A DNA stretch of 64,000 nucleotides from Acidimicrobiales bacterium (GCA_965216205.1 OZ244139.1:3705960-3769959); one strand, 5' to 3'; positions 1 to 8,990 are shown, numbered from the stretch's first letter. Notes: generated by a model not told the origin, from the sequence alone. Translations and numbers: made by a program.

Positions 1-507
1 ATCCAGGGCGCCCGCATCGCCGGTGCCGGCCGGGTCATCGCCGTCGACCTGTCGAAGGCGAAGCTGGAGACGGCGCAGATCTGCGGCGCGAGCGACGTGA
101 TCAATGCTTCCGAGGTCGACGACGTCGTGGCTGCGGTGCGGGAGATGACGGGCGGTGGCGTCGACTACGCGTTCGAGGCGATCGGACGGAAGGACACCGT
201 CGAGCAGGTGTGGAAGATGTCCAGGCTCGGTGGCACGTCCGTAGTCATCGGGATGATGCCCTACGGCGAGAAGATCGAGATCACGGGCTACGAGATCTTC
301 ATGATGGAGAAGACGCTGAAGGGGTCGATGATGGGCTCCAACGCGTTCAGGGTCGACATGCCCCGCTACTGCGACATGTACCTCGACGGTCGACTCCTCC
401 TCGACGAGATGATCTCCCACACGATGCCGCTCGACGAGATCAACGACGGCTACGAGTTGATGCGCAAGGGCGAATCGAACCGGGCGGTCATCGACTTCAG
501 CGCCTAG
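1..507 (+). CDS. Zn-dependent (MDR) alcohol dehydrogenase family protein, C-terminal part; 5' end lies outside the window
   Basis: Frame 1 is open from base 1. The tail (..GGGVDYAFEAIGRKDTVEQ..SVVIGMMP..NRAVIDF) looks like the nucleotide-binding/C-terminal half of MDR dehydrogenases. Confidence 0.8.
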   Translation: MQGARIAGAGRVIAVDLSKAKLETAQICGASDVINASEVDDVVAAVREMTGGGVDYAFEAIGRKDTVEQVWKMSRLGGTSVVIGMMPYGEKIEITGYEIFMMEKTLKGSMMGSNAFRVDMPRYCDMYLDGRLLLDEMISHTMPLDEINDGYELMRKGESNRAVIDFSA

Positions 508-520
508 ACCGGCCGGGGCG

Positions 521-1294
521 CTACGACTGCCTGCGGTCGGCTTGGGGGAGGGTCGGGGGGCCAGCGAACGCCTGGGCGATCTTCATCCAGCCTGTCGCCA
601 GGTCACCCGTCGTCGCCAGGTCGACGTCGTCGAGGTGGCGGCGCTGGGTGACGACGAGGCAGAAGTCGAGGGCCGGGCCCGTCACCCGGTCGGCGGCATC
701 CTCTGGCCCCCAGGTCCACACGTCGCCCGACGGGGCGGTGAGCTCCACCCGGACGTCGCCATCCGGCACGGTCTCACCCCGGTTGACGTAGCTCCAACCT
801 CGGGTGCTCACACCGATGTGGGCCACGTGGCGGAGCCGATCGCTCGGCGGCCAGGGTGCGCCGAGCGCATCGGCCACGTCCTGGCCGTGCGACCAGGTCT
901 CCATGAGCCGGGCGGTGGCGAACGAGAGCGCGCTCATGTCGGGACCGAACCACGGGATCCGATCCTTCGGGGCCCGGGCCCGGAACGCGTCGAGCATCTT
1001 CGAGCGCTCGTCGCGCCACCAGGCCAGCACGTCGGCCCCGGACCTGCCGACCCGGGAGCCGAAGACCGTGTCGAAGCCGCCGTGGGCCATGTTGGCCTTC
1101 GCCTCCTGGAAGCCGTCGGCATCGGTGACCGCCAGCGACGCTGCCATGTCGGCCTGGATGAGATGGACGATGGTGTCGGCGACATCCCAGCCCTCGGCGG
1201 CGGTCTGGGTGGTCCACTGGGCTTCGGTCGCGTCGGCGACCACTCGATCGAGGGCGTCGTGCTCGGCGGCCAGGTCGTTGCAGATGTCTTCCAC
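521..1294 (-). CDS. mycothiol-dependent maleylpyruvate-isomerase-family (DinB-fold, TIGR03084-like) protein
   Basis: The last 257 codons of ORF 521..2536 read VEDICNDLAAEHDALD..WSHGQDVADALG... The upstream part of that ORF is Arg/Pro/Gly noise antisense to the DUF302 gene. The start is placed at in-frame GTG 1294 and is uncertain. Confidence 0.65.
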   Translation of the reverse strand: MEDICNDLAAEHDALDRVVADATEAQWTTQTAAEGWDVADTIVHLIQADMAASLAVTDADGFQEAKANMAHGGFDTVFGSRVGRSGADVLAWWRDERSKMLDAFRARAPKDRIPWFGPDMSALSFATARLMETWSHGQDVADALGAPWPPSDRLRHVAHIGVSTRGWSYVNRGETVPDGDVRVELTAPSGDVWTWGPEDAADRVTGPALDFCLVVTQRRHLDDVDLATTGDLATGWMKIAQAFAGPPTLPQADRRQS

Positions 1295-1362
1295 GCTGCG
1301 ATCGTAGATCAGCGCCGCGGGTGCGGCGAGCGGGGCCGATCGCCCTCCTCGGGCCGCTTCGT

Positions 1363-2337
1363 CTAACCCGTCGGCGCGGTGATCGGCCCGGAGGTCGCCG
1401 CGGTCAGGAAGTTCTCGATCGCCGTCTCGGCTGACGCGAGCTGCCGGTTGCGGAGGCGATGTCGGGTTCTCAGCAACGACACGTCGTTGGTGGTGACCTG
1501 GGTTCGCCCGTCCTCGTCCTCCCAGATGAGGAACTTCAGTGGCAGGTCGATCCCGGCGGTCGGTCGGCTCTGCATGAGGGGCGTGCCGAGCTGGGGATTG
1601 CCGAACACCACGAGCCGGGTGGGCCGCAGATCGATACCGACGCCGGCCGCCCCAGCCTGGTGATTCACCTCGAACGCGATGCTGGCCGGCGATGCCCCGA
1701 TCGCGGCGCGGAGCCGTTCGTAGGTCTCGTCGAACCCTGCGTCGCTGGGAACGGTGACGGTGGCGGGATTGGACCGGAATCGCTGGAATCGGAAGGATCG
1801 CTCGTCGACGTCGCGGCCGGTGGCGATGCCGCTCAGCGTGCGCAGCGCGCCGGCGATCGTGTCGAGCTGGGGCAGGTCGCCCAGATCGTGCCGCGCCTCC
1901 AGATACGTCGCGTCGTTGAAGCCGACCCACACGCGGCCCCGCCACTCGAAGACCTGCAGTTTCTGGGGCAGGTCGAGGCCGACGACCTGGTTCTCGGCCA
2001 TGAGCGGACTGCCGAGGGCGGGGTTGCCGAACACGGCGACCCGGTTCGAATCGAGCTCGAGACCGACCGAGGCGGCTGCGGCACCGTGGTCGATCGTGGC
2101 GATGCGTGTGATGTTCGGGTTGGTGTCGAGGGCGGCCAGCAGGGTGTCCCAGGTCTCGTCGGCTGACCGGTCGCTCTCGACGATCACCATGCCGGGCACC
2201 GACGGCGCGCGGTGTCGCTGACCGCCGGCCGATGCCGCTGGCGCCGCCACCGCCACGACCAGGACCGCGGCCAGGCATGCGGTCACCACCCGTCGGATCG
2301 ACCGATCGGTTGTCCGTCGTCGCTCCCACCGTTCCAT
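1363..2337 (-). CDS. secreted protein with two tandem DUF302 domains
   Basis: It has a signal-like N-terminus (..AVLVVAVAAPAASA). Two similar halves follow, each with FGNPxLGxPLM..GxDLPxK motifs. ATG 2337 is preceded by GAGGAG. Confidence 0.7.
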   Translation of the reverse strand: MERWERRRTTDRSIRRVVTACLAAVLVVAVAAPAASAGGQRHRAPSVPGMVIVESDRSADETWDTLLAALDTNPNITRIATIDHGAAAASVGLELDSNRVAVFGNPALGSPLMAENQVVGLDLPQKLQVFEWRGRVWVGFNDATYLEARHDLGDLPQLDTIAGALRTLSGIATGRDVDERSFRFQRFRSNPATVTVPSDAGFDETYERLRAAIGASPASIAFEVNHQAGAAGVGIDLRPTRLVVFGNPQLGTPLMQSRPTAGIDLPLKFLIWEDEDGRTQVTTNDVSLLRTRHRLRNRQLASAETAIENFLTAATSGPITAPTG

Positions 2338-2409
2338 CAGCCGCTCCTCGATCGTCCCGCGTCGCCACACCGTAACGTCTCGATCCGGGCTCGCCTCGGT
2401 GGCCGAGCG

Positions 2410-2670
2410 CTACTCGTCGGCGCGTTCGGTGACGAGGCCGTACTTCGCCAGCAGCGAGGGAGGCGGGATGCTCGAGCTCTCCCGGTGGACCGACCCGTCC
2501 CGTAGGATCACGAGACAGGGCAGACCGGTCAGCCACCGCAGGTCGTCGCCCTCGGGGGTGGCCAGCCAGCCCCGGTCGTAGGCGGTCAACCGCCAGGTTC
2601 GATCGGCGAGCTCGGGAATGGAGTCCCGTGCGTACGCCTCGGCCGCGGCAGCGGCGTCGACCTCGTTCAT
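2410..2670 (-). CDS. small acidic protein, candidate immunity protein for the upstream toxin
   Basis: The 86-codon ORF starts 25 nt after the toxin stop and has its own GAGGAG SD. The assignment rests on position only. Confidence 0.45.
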   Translation of the reverse strand: MNEVDAAAAAEAYARDSIPELADRTWRLTAYDRGWLATPEGDDLRWLTGLPCLVILRDGSVHRESSSIPPPSLLAKYGLVTERADE

Positions 2671-2695
2671 CGAGCAGCTCCTCTCACCGTCTCGC

Positions 2696-4132
2696 TCATC
2701 GGGGCGTGCCGTCGGGTCCGATGAAGATCACGATCGAATCGACGACGTGGTCACCATAGGGAGGTGGCCAGGTGGCTGTCTCGCCGGCCTGCCCATCGAG
2801 CCACCTGATGATGCCGCCGTCGTTGACGGCGTTGTAGGCGTGGGCACCGCCGGTGTCCCACACCGATGTGATGATCGCGGACGAGCCGGGTCCGAGATCG
2901 GTGAGCTGCTCGTGGATCTCGTCGATCGACGCCGGCCGGAACGAACCGCCGGTCCAGTCCTCCAGGCGATCCGGCGGGAGGCCGATCGCGCCGGGGTCGG
3001 CCAGCGGCGCAGCGACCGCGTCGTCGCCGCGCCAGTTCGCCTCGGTCGCCCTGGCACAGTCGACGCAGTTGTTGTTGCGGCCAGGCTGTCCGGGGCCGTC
3101 TCCATTGATGTGCTCGATCCAGCCCTCGGGTGCCTCGAACGGCCCGACCCGATGGGACGTGATCGGATCCGGTGTTCCCCAGCCGGTCTCGGCGAGCCGG
3201 AACTCGGCGAGCTCGGGAAAGGGCCCTGCAGCCAGCGGCCGCGGCCCCGGCGACGGATCGATCGCCGTCGAGACGACCCGCCGGCCGACGGAGACCGGCA
3301 GCGCTGCCGTCACCGCTTCGGCGGCGAGCTCGGGCAACATCGTGCCGAGCCAGCGATAGCGATCGTCGCGGAACTGCTCCCAGCCGACGGTGGACCGGGC
3401 CAACGCATCGGGGTCGTACACGAGGTCGTGAGCGGCGGCGCCGATCCCGGCTCTGAGCTCGTCACCCGGACGGCGGTCGAACATCGACTCGAACGCGTCG
3501 TCGCCCCCCGGTGTGACGCCCACCAGGAGGCCGCCGACCGCGGTGCCGATCCCGGCGACACCGCTGCCCACGCCCTGACCGGCTCGCCACCAGTTGTGGG
3601 CGAACCGCTCGGGGTCGTCGATGAGCAGGCGGCTCTGGTATCCCGTTCCGAACTCGGTGTCGGTGAGCAGCTCCAGTACACCAGGCCCCTCGACCCGGAA
3701 TCGGTCGAGCAGCTCGGGCGAAGGCCGACCGGTGGTCCCGGCCCGCCACAGGCCGACGACGAAGCTGTCGGTGTCGGGGTCGAGCCAGGGGATGCGACCA
3801 CGCTCGTCGGTCCTCGACCGTGGCCAGACGACCGGGCCGAGTGCTGTTCCTCCTGTGCCCGAGACGACGGTGAGCGGGCCGTCGGCGGTGAGCAGCGACC
3901 GCCGGGTGTCGTCGACGATGGTGGCGGTCTCGGCAACGCTCGCTCGGACGCGCCCGAGCCGATCGAGGCCATCGGCCCATGGGGCGCGGGACCCACAGGC
4001 GGCGCGGACGGTCTCGTGCAGCACCCGGACCGACCGCAACGCCCGCCCGAACGTGTCGGCGACGGCGGCGCCGGACCCGGCGAGGTCCGCGAGCCGGCCG
4101 GGATCGGCTCGCACCGCGACCCCGCCGCTCAC
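2696..4132 (-). CDS. polymorphic toxin with C-terminal papain-fold glutamine-deamidase-type domain
   Basis: The C-terminus (..GQPGRNNNCVDCARATEANWRG...GGAHAYNAVNDG..) matches the Cys/His core I recall for the toxin glutamine deamidase (Tox-PL1-like) domain. There is a Gly-rich hydrophobic segment mid-protein. The GTG start overlaps the upstream stop (GTGA). Confidence 0.65.
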   Translation of the reverse strand: MSGGVAVRADPGRLADLAGSGAAVADTFGRALRSVRVLHETVRAACGSRAPWADGLDRLGRVRASVAETATIVDDTRRSLLTADGPLTVVSGTGGTALGPVVWPRSRTDERGRIPWLDPDTDSFVVGLWRAGTTGRPSPELLDRFRVEGPGVLELLTDTEFGTGYQSRLLIDDPERFAHNWWRAGQGVGSGVAGIGTAVGGLLVGVTPGGDDAFESMFDRRPGDELRAGIGAAAHDLVYDPDALARSTVGWEQFRDDRYRWLGTMLPELAAEAVTAALPVSVGRRVVSTAIDPSPGPRPLAAGPFPELAEFRLAETGWGTPDPITSHRVGPFEAPEGWIEHINGDGPGQPGRNNNCVDCARATEANWRGDDAVAAPLADPGAIGLPPDRLEDWTGGSFRPASIDEIHEQLTDLGPGSSAIITSVWDTGGAHAYNAVNDGGIIRWLDGQAGETATWPPPYGDHVVDSIVIFIGPDGTPR

Positions 4133-4572
4133 GAGCCGCTCCCCGCGAGCACGTCCACCGTCGGCTCATAGCCAGGGCCCCGGGGGATCGCGACCGGCGG
4201 TGGGGGCGTCGCCGGCGGGCCGCCGGGTCCGGCGGTGACGGCGAGGAGCCACCGCTGGCGACGGACCTCGTCGGCCGCATCGGCCCAGGCCATCGCCCAC
4301 CGATCGGCCTCGGCCCGGAGCGCCGCCACCGTCGCGTCGCTGTCGCGCCGCTCGGCGGCAACCCGCTCGTCGACGCGGTTCCGGGCCGGACCAGACCAGG
4401 CGGCGAGCGCCTCGTCGGCCCGCGTCCGGTAGACGCCGAAGGCCTCGGCCCAGTCGTCGGCGAGCGCGGCCAGGCGGCGGGCGAGGAGGAGAGCGCCGTC
4501 GAAGTCGAACACGACGGGCAGGTCGAGCGCGGAGGTATCGGCGATGTCGGGCCGGATCGAGGGGGTCGACAC
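4129..4572 (-). CDS. helical WXG-motif protein (WXG100-like helper or secretion partner candidate)
   Basis: Two predicted helices flank ..ALAAWSGPA.. (W-x-G), followed by a Pro-rich tail. GTG 4572 has a GGAG 6 nt upstream. The stop overlaps the toxin start. Confidence 0.45.
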   Translation of the reverse strand: MSTPSIRPDIADTSALDLPVVFDFDGALLLARRLAALADDWAEAFGVYRTRADEALAAWSGPARNRVDERVAAERRDSDATVAALRAEADRWAMAWADAADEVRRQRWLLAVTAGPGGPPATPPPPVAIPRGPGYEPTVDVLAGSGS

Positions 4573-4851
4573 GAAGAGCTCCCGGTTCACGGTGCGGGGA
4601 GAACCCCGCGGGAACGGCTGTCGTGCAACCGGGCAGATCCACAGTGGCCGTGGTGCTGAAGGCACCTGCGGCCGGATCGATCCGCTCGGTGCCGGTTGCC
4701 GAGGCCCGAGCGGTGCGGCCCCAACCTACGACCCGCCGTCGCGGGATCCAACCCGTCGATCCGAACCGTGTCGGGTGCGCCGGCGAGCGGCCCGGCGGCA
4801 ACTAACCTGGGCGCCGTGATCGACTGGGCGGGCCTCGGAGACAACCTCTCG

Positions 4852-5562
4852 ATGACGGTTGGCGAACTGAGCGACGGCACGCTGATCAGGCTGTTCTGGG
4901 CTGCGGTGGCGGTGAGCCTGGTGCTGCCGCGGCTGCCCTATGGGCGGTCGCTGCTCTACCCCTTCGCCCTGCTCAGCACCTGGGCCCACGAGCTCGGCCA
5001 TGGTCTGACGGCGCTGGCGGCCGGCGGGTCGTTCAAGCGGCTGGAGGTGCACCGCAACCTCGACGGCCTCGCCTTCTCGAGCGGCGTCGGCCGTTTCGGC
5101 CGTGCGGTGGTGGCTGCCGGCGGCCTCCTGGCGCCAGCGGTCGTCGGCGGCTTGTTCATCGTGCTCGGTTCGCGGGAGAGCACGGCGCCGTTCATCCTCA
5201 CCGGTCTGGCGATCGCCGTGCTGGTATCGGTCCTGCTGTTCGTGCGGAACACGTTCGGCTGGATCTCGCTCGGCGTGACCGGTCTGGTGCTCATCCCGAT
5301 CGCACTCCGGGCCCCTGAGCTGGTTCGGATCTTCGTCGCCCAGTTGATCGGCATCCAGTTCTGCGTGGCCAGTTGGGGCAGCCTCGACTACATGTTCACG
5401 AAGAACTTCCACCGCAACGACGGCACCCTCACCGACTCCGACACGCAGACCATCGCCAACGTTCTCCTGCTCCCCTACTGGTTCTGGGGAGCCCTGATCG
5501 CCGCGTTCTCGCTCCTCATCCTCGGTTTCTCGTTCTGGGTGGCCTGGATCCGTCCGCTGTGA
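4852..5562 (+). CDS. M50-family (M50B-like) integral membrane metallopeptidase
   Basis: An HELGH zinc motif sits within a multi-TM protein. ATG 4852 is chosen as the start; an upstream GTG is also possible. Confidence 0.75.
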   Translation: MTVGELSDGTLIRLFWAAVAVSLVLPRLPYGRSLLYPFALLSTWAHELGHGLTALAAGGSFKRLEVHRNLDGLAFSSGVGRFGRAVVAAGGLLAPAVVGGLFIVLGSRESTAPFILTGLAIAVLVSVLLFVRNTFGWISLGVTGLVLIPIALRAPELVRIFVAQLIGIQFCVASWGSLDYMFTKNFHRNDGTLTDSDTQTIANVLLLPYWFWGALIAAFSLLILGFSFWVAWIRPL

Positions 5563-5581
5563 GTTGGTAGTTGTAGCGCCC

Positions 5582-6028
5582 ATGCTGATCGACGACATCC
5601 GGGAAGACCTCACCGCGGCGATGAAAGCGAAGGACCGGGTACGGCTACGGTCGCTGCGAGCGATCATCGCCGCCGTGCAGGAGGCCCAGGTCGCCGGTGC
5701 CGAGGCGACCACGTTGACCGACGACGAGGTCCAGCGGGTGATCTCCGCCCAGGTGAAGCGACGGATCGAGGCGGCCGAGGCCTTCGACGAGGCGGGCCGG
5801 GCCGAGCGGGCGGCCGACGAGCGGGCGGAGCAGGCGGTGCTCGAGGCCTACCTACCGGCCGCGTTGACCGAGGCAGAGCTGGAATCGCTGGTGACCGGGA
5901 AGCTGGCCGAGGGAGGTTGGACCACGAAGGCCGACATGGGCCAGGCGATGAAGGCGATCAACGCCGAGGTCGCCGGTCGAGCCGACGGCCGGACGGTCGC
6001 CGAGCTGGTCAAGTCGAAGCTCGCCTGA
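5582..6028 (+). CDS. GatB/YqeY domain protein
   Basis: MLIDDIREDLTAAMKAKD..LRAIIAAV..EAYLP..L.. is the typical YqeY pattern. Confidence 0.85.
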   Translation: MLIDDIREDLTAAMKAKDRVRLRSLRAIIAAVQEAQVAGAEATTLTDDEVQRVISAQVKRRIEAAEAFDEAGRAERAADERAEQAVLEAYLPAALTEAELESLVTGKLAEGGWTTKADMGQAMKAINAEVAGRADGRTVAELVKSKLA

Positions 6029-6089
6029 GGCCGGGGGCCACGGCCACGGGGCAGGACGGAGACGCACCGAGACTCGCCGCTCGTGCCGC

Positions 6090-7220
6090 TCAGTGGGCTG
6101 CCGATGGCTCCGGGTGCTCGACCCGACCGTCGACGTGGCGGGCGAAGCGGCCGACGTCCCGCTCGTGGACCGGATCGTCGGCCGGCCACGGCCAACCACC
6201 GAAACCCGTGCGCCGGTAGTCGTCCATGGCCGCCATGATCTCGGGCTCGTCGTTCATGACGAACGGTCCGTACCGGACCACGGGCTCACCGATCGGCCGT
6301 CCCTGCAGGATCAGGCATGCCGAGCGGTCACCGTCGGTGCGGAGCCCGACCGCCCGGTCGGTGACCAGTTCGGCCCCCGATGACGACTCCAGCGCCTCGC
6401 CCTCGCCGTCCGCCGGCCCGCTACCAGCTGCGGTGCCCACGTCGTCGACGGTGACGCCAGCCCCCTCGAAGACATAGATGGCCCGCCTCGCCAACGGTGC
6501 TGGCGGCAGCACCACACGGCCGTCGCCGGTGAGCTCGATGTGCCAGATCGCCACGTGGGCATCGGGTCGGGCGGCCCACGAGTTCGGGGGCGGGGCGAGA
6601 CCCACCGTCGTGCCAGCGCCCGCCGGTCCACCCCGGTCGTCGCCTGCCGGTTGGCCGAACTCGCCGGCGATCACGGTGACCTCGGCCGCTCCCCCGCCGT
6701 CGGGTGCGGGGATCGTCACCACCGGGGTGTCCTCGCGCCAGAGCATCGTGAAGTAGGGGTCGACCAGCTTGTCGGTCGCCGGCAGGTTGAGCCAGATCTG
6801 GAACAGCTCGAGCGGATTCGGCTCGTCGCCGCTGAGGAGCGGGAACATCTCGGCGTGCACGATGCCGCCCCCAGCCGTCATCCACTGGGTGTCGCCCCGC
6901 CCGAAGCGAGCCGTCGCGCCGAGCGAGTCGGCGTGGTCGATGAACCCCCTCCGCACGTGGGTGACCGTCTCGAACCCGCGATGGGGATGCTGGGGGAAGC
7001 CGGGGACCGTCGAGCCGTGGTACATGTTCCAGCCATCGATGCCGTCGAAGTCCATGCCGATGCGGCGCCCGTCGAGCGGCTCGCTCGGGCCGAGGTCCGG
7101 ATTCCCGCTCGGGTAGTGATCGAGGTGGTGGGCCACGAACAGGAACGGGTCGATCGTCGGCCACTGGCTGCCGATCGGGAACCGCTGGCGCAGAGGTCCT
7201 GCGAGTCGGATGGAGGTCAT
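6090..7220 (-). CDS. pirin family protein
   Basis: It carries the FPQHPHRGFETVTHV cupin metal motif and has a pirin-like length. Confidence 0.85.
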   Translation of the reverse strand: MTSIRLAGPLRQRFPIGSQWPTIDPFLFVAHHLDHYPSGNPDLGPSEPLDGRRIGMDFDGIDGWNMYHGSTVPGFPQHPHRGFETVTHVRRGFIDHADSLGATARFGRGDTQWMTAGGGIVHAEMFPLLSGDEPNPLELFQIWLNLPATDKLVDPYFTMLWREDTPVVTIPAPDGGGAAEVTVIAGEFGQPAGDDRGGPAGAGTTVGLAPPPNSWAARPDAHVAIWHIELTGDGRVVLPPAPLARRAIYVFEGAGVTVDDVGTAAGSGPADGEGEALESSSGAELVTDRAVGLRTDGDRSACLILQGRPIGEPVVRYGPFVMNDEPEIMAAMDDYRRTGFGGWPWPADDPVHERDVGRFARHVDGRVEHPEPSAAH

Positions 7221-7324
7221 GACGACAACGATAGAGCGGATCGCTCCCGAGATTTTCGTATCTCGGGCCCACTCGGCGAGTCATCAGTGAGGTAGGGCGG
7301 CGCGAACACGGAGGAGCGGAACGG

Positions 7325-8056
7325 ATGCCGGCGAGTGAGACCACGATCGAGCTGCGGTTGCTCGGCGGCTTCGGCTTGACGATCGACGGTGTCGGCGTCG
7401 AGATCACGCCCTCGGCCCAGCGGCTCCTCGCCTTCATCGCACTGACACCGCGCGGCGCGGAGCGGTGCTTCACCGCCTTCCAGCTCTGGCCCGAGCACGA
7501 CGAGCACCGGGCCAAGGCCAACCTCCGCTCGGCGCTCTGGCGGCTGGGCAAGGCATCGCCAGACCTGATCGAGGCCACGAAGTCACGCCTCCGCCTCGCC
7601 GAGGCGGTGTGGGTCGACGTCCGCCACGGGATCGTCGATCTCCAGGTCGCCGCCGGGGATTCGATCGCCGCCTGCACGCTGCCGTTCCAGGAGCTCGATT
7701 CCGACCTCCTCCCCGACTGGTACGACGACTGGCTCACCGTGGAACGGGAGCGCCTCCGCCAATTCAGACTCGGCTCACTCGAAGAGGGTGCGTCCGCTGC
7801 GCTCGAGCGGGGCCGACCGGGCCAGGCCATCCAGTTGGCGCTGGCCGCCCTGAGCATCGATCCGCTGCGGGAGAGCGCCCATCGGCTCGTGGCTGCCGCC
7901 CACATCGAGAACGGCAACCTGGCCGACGCCCGCCGCCAATACGAGCTGTTCGGTGACCTGGCAGGCGCTGAGCTCGGCTGCGGGCCGTCGAAGCTGTTCG
8001 CCGCACTGCTCCGCGAGGCGATCGGCGGCTCCCGACCCGTGCTGGTGGCCGTCTGA
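7325..8056 (+). CDS. SARP/AfsR-type transcriptional regulator (winged-helix plus BTAD)
   Basis: Supported by LRLLGGFGLTIDG.., ..ANLRSALWRL.., and C-terminal BTAD-like helices (..RESAHRLVAAAHIENGNLADARRQYE..). Confidence 0.75.
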   Translation: MPASETTIELRLLGGFGLTIDGVGVEITPSAQRLLAFIALTPRGAERCFTAFQLWPEHDEHRAKANLRSALWRLGKASPDLIEATKSRLRLAEAVWVDVRHGIVDLQVAAGDSIAACTLPFQELDSDLLPDWYDDWLTVERERLRQFRLGSLEEGASAALERGRPGQAIQLALAALSIDPLRESAHRLVAAAHIENGNLADARRQYELFGDLAGAELGCGPSKLFAALLREAIGGSRPVLVAV

Positions 8057-8088
8057 CGCCTACCCGCCGCCGCTCGGCCGGAGCAGCG

Positions 8089-8403
8089 GTGTCCGAGGTG
8101 GCCGTCGCCGTCGGCTACAGCCAGCGTCAACTCCAGCGCCGATCGACCCGCTGGTTCGGCTACGGGCCGAAGCACCTCGCCTCGGTGTGCCGACTACAGC
8201 GAGCACTCTCGCTCGGCCGCGCTGGGCTCTCCGCATCGGATGCGGCCGTAGCGGCTGGCTACGCCGACCAGGCCCACCTGGCCCGCGACGCTCGGCGTCT
8301 CGCTGGCGCGACGTTCACCGAACTGGTCGAGCCGGCCGTCCGTTCGGCTCAGGAAGTCGCGCCTGGCGGGGAGTCCTGGGCGGCGGTCGACAGCGTTGCG
8401 TAG
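8089..8403 (+). CDS. AraC-type HTH domain only (possible gene remnant)
   Basis: ..VGYSQRQLQRR..FGYGPKHLASVCRLQRAL.....AGYADQAHLARDARRLAG.. is the C-terminal HTH_18-like half of AraC regulators. No sensor domain is present. The 3' end overlaps the convergent VOC gene. Confidence 0.45.
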   Translation: MSEVAVAVGYSQRQLQRRSTRWFGYGPKHLASVCRLQRALSLGRAGLSASDAAVAAGYADQAHLARDARRLAGATFTELVEPAVRSAQEVAPGGESWAAVDSVA

Positions 8404-8777
8404 AGGTCGACCGCGTTGCCGTCGGGATCGCGCAGCGTCGCATAGCGCTGGCCCCAAGGTGCATCCCACGGCGCGACGTGCCCGGCGAATCCTTCGGCGG
8501 TCATCGCGGCGTAGACCGCGTCGACCTCGTTCGGTTCGACACAGCGGAACGCCAGGGCGGCCCGATGGCCGCCCGACGGCGGAGTCCAGCCGGGATCGAA
8601 GGACGTGACGACGTCGCGGGTGTCCCACATGATCCGCATCCCGGATGGGAGGGTCGCCTCGACGTGCCCTCCGCCCTCGTCGCTGCTCTCGGGGACGGTG
8701 AGCCCGAGAGCACGGTAGAAGCGAAGGGTGGCGTCGAGGTCGTCGACGACGAACCCGATGGCGTCGAGTAGGGGCAT
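8349..8777 (-). CDS. VOC/glyoxalase family protein
   Basis: MPLLDAIGFVVDDLDATLRFYRALG...RDPDGNAVDLY is the typical VOC fold pattern. The start is ATG 8777. Confidence 0.8.
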   Translation of the reverse strand: MPLLDAIGFVVDDLDATLRFYRALGLTVPESSDEGGGHVEATLPSGMRIMWDTRDVVTSFDPGWTPPSGGHRAALAFRCVEPNEVDAVYAAMTAEGFAGHVAPWDAPWGQRYATLRDPDGNAVDLYATLSTAAQDSPPGATS

Positions 8778-8856
8778 GTTCTCCACGCTACGCCGGCCGA
8801 ACCGATGCGGTCTTTGACGAATCGGACACATCCACCATGACCTCCGACCACGGCGA

Positions 8857-8959
8857 CTGGCAGCAATCCGCACCGCGGGCGGGCGCAGAATCTGCCAGAG
8901 CGAGCCGAGGACCACCACTGGCAGCAATCTGCACCGAGAACGGGCGTGGAATCTGCCAG
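8857..8959. repeat. two tandem copies (61-bp period) of a CTGGCAG...CTGCCAG-ended intergenic element
   Basis: CTGGCAG occurs at 8857 and 8918, and CTGCCAG at 8892 and 8953. This is the same element family as 52433..52539, in the opposite orientation. Confidence 0.7.
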
Positions 8960-8990
8960 AGGCGGAGCGGGCGGCCGGGCTGCTGGCCGG

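Noticed and set aside
521-2536. A 671-aa ORF on the minus strand, and similar very long ORFs in the track such as 6421..8175(-), 29819..32197(-), 55171..57132(-), 34870..36735(+) and 56583..58961(+).
   Set aside because: Their long extensions are Arg/Pro/Gly/Ala-rich, overlap well-supported genes on the other strand or in another frame, and are expected in ~70% GC DNA. Only the sub-regions with recognisable protein character were kept.
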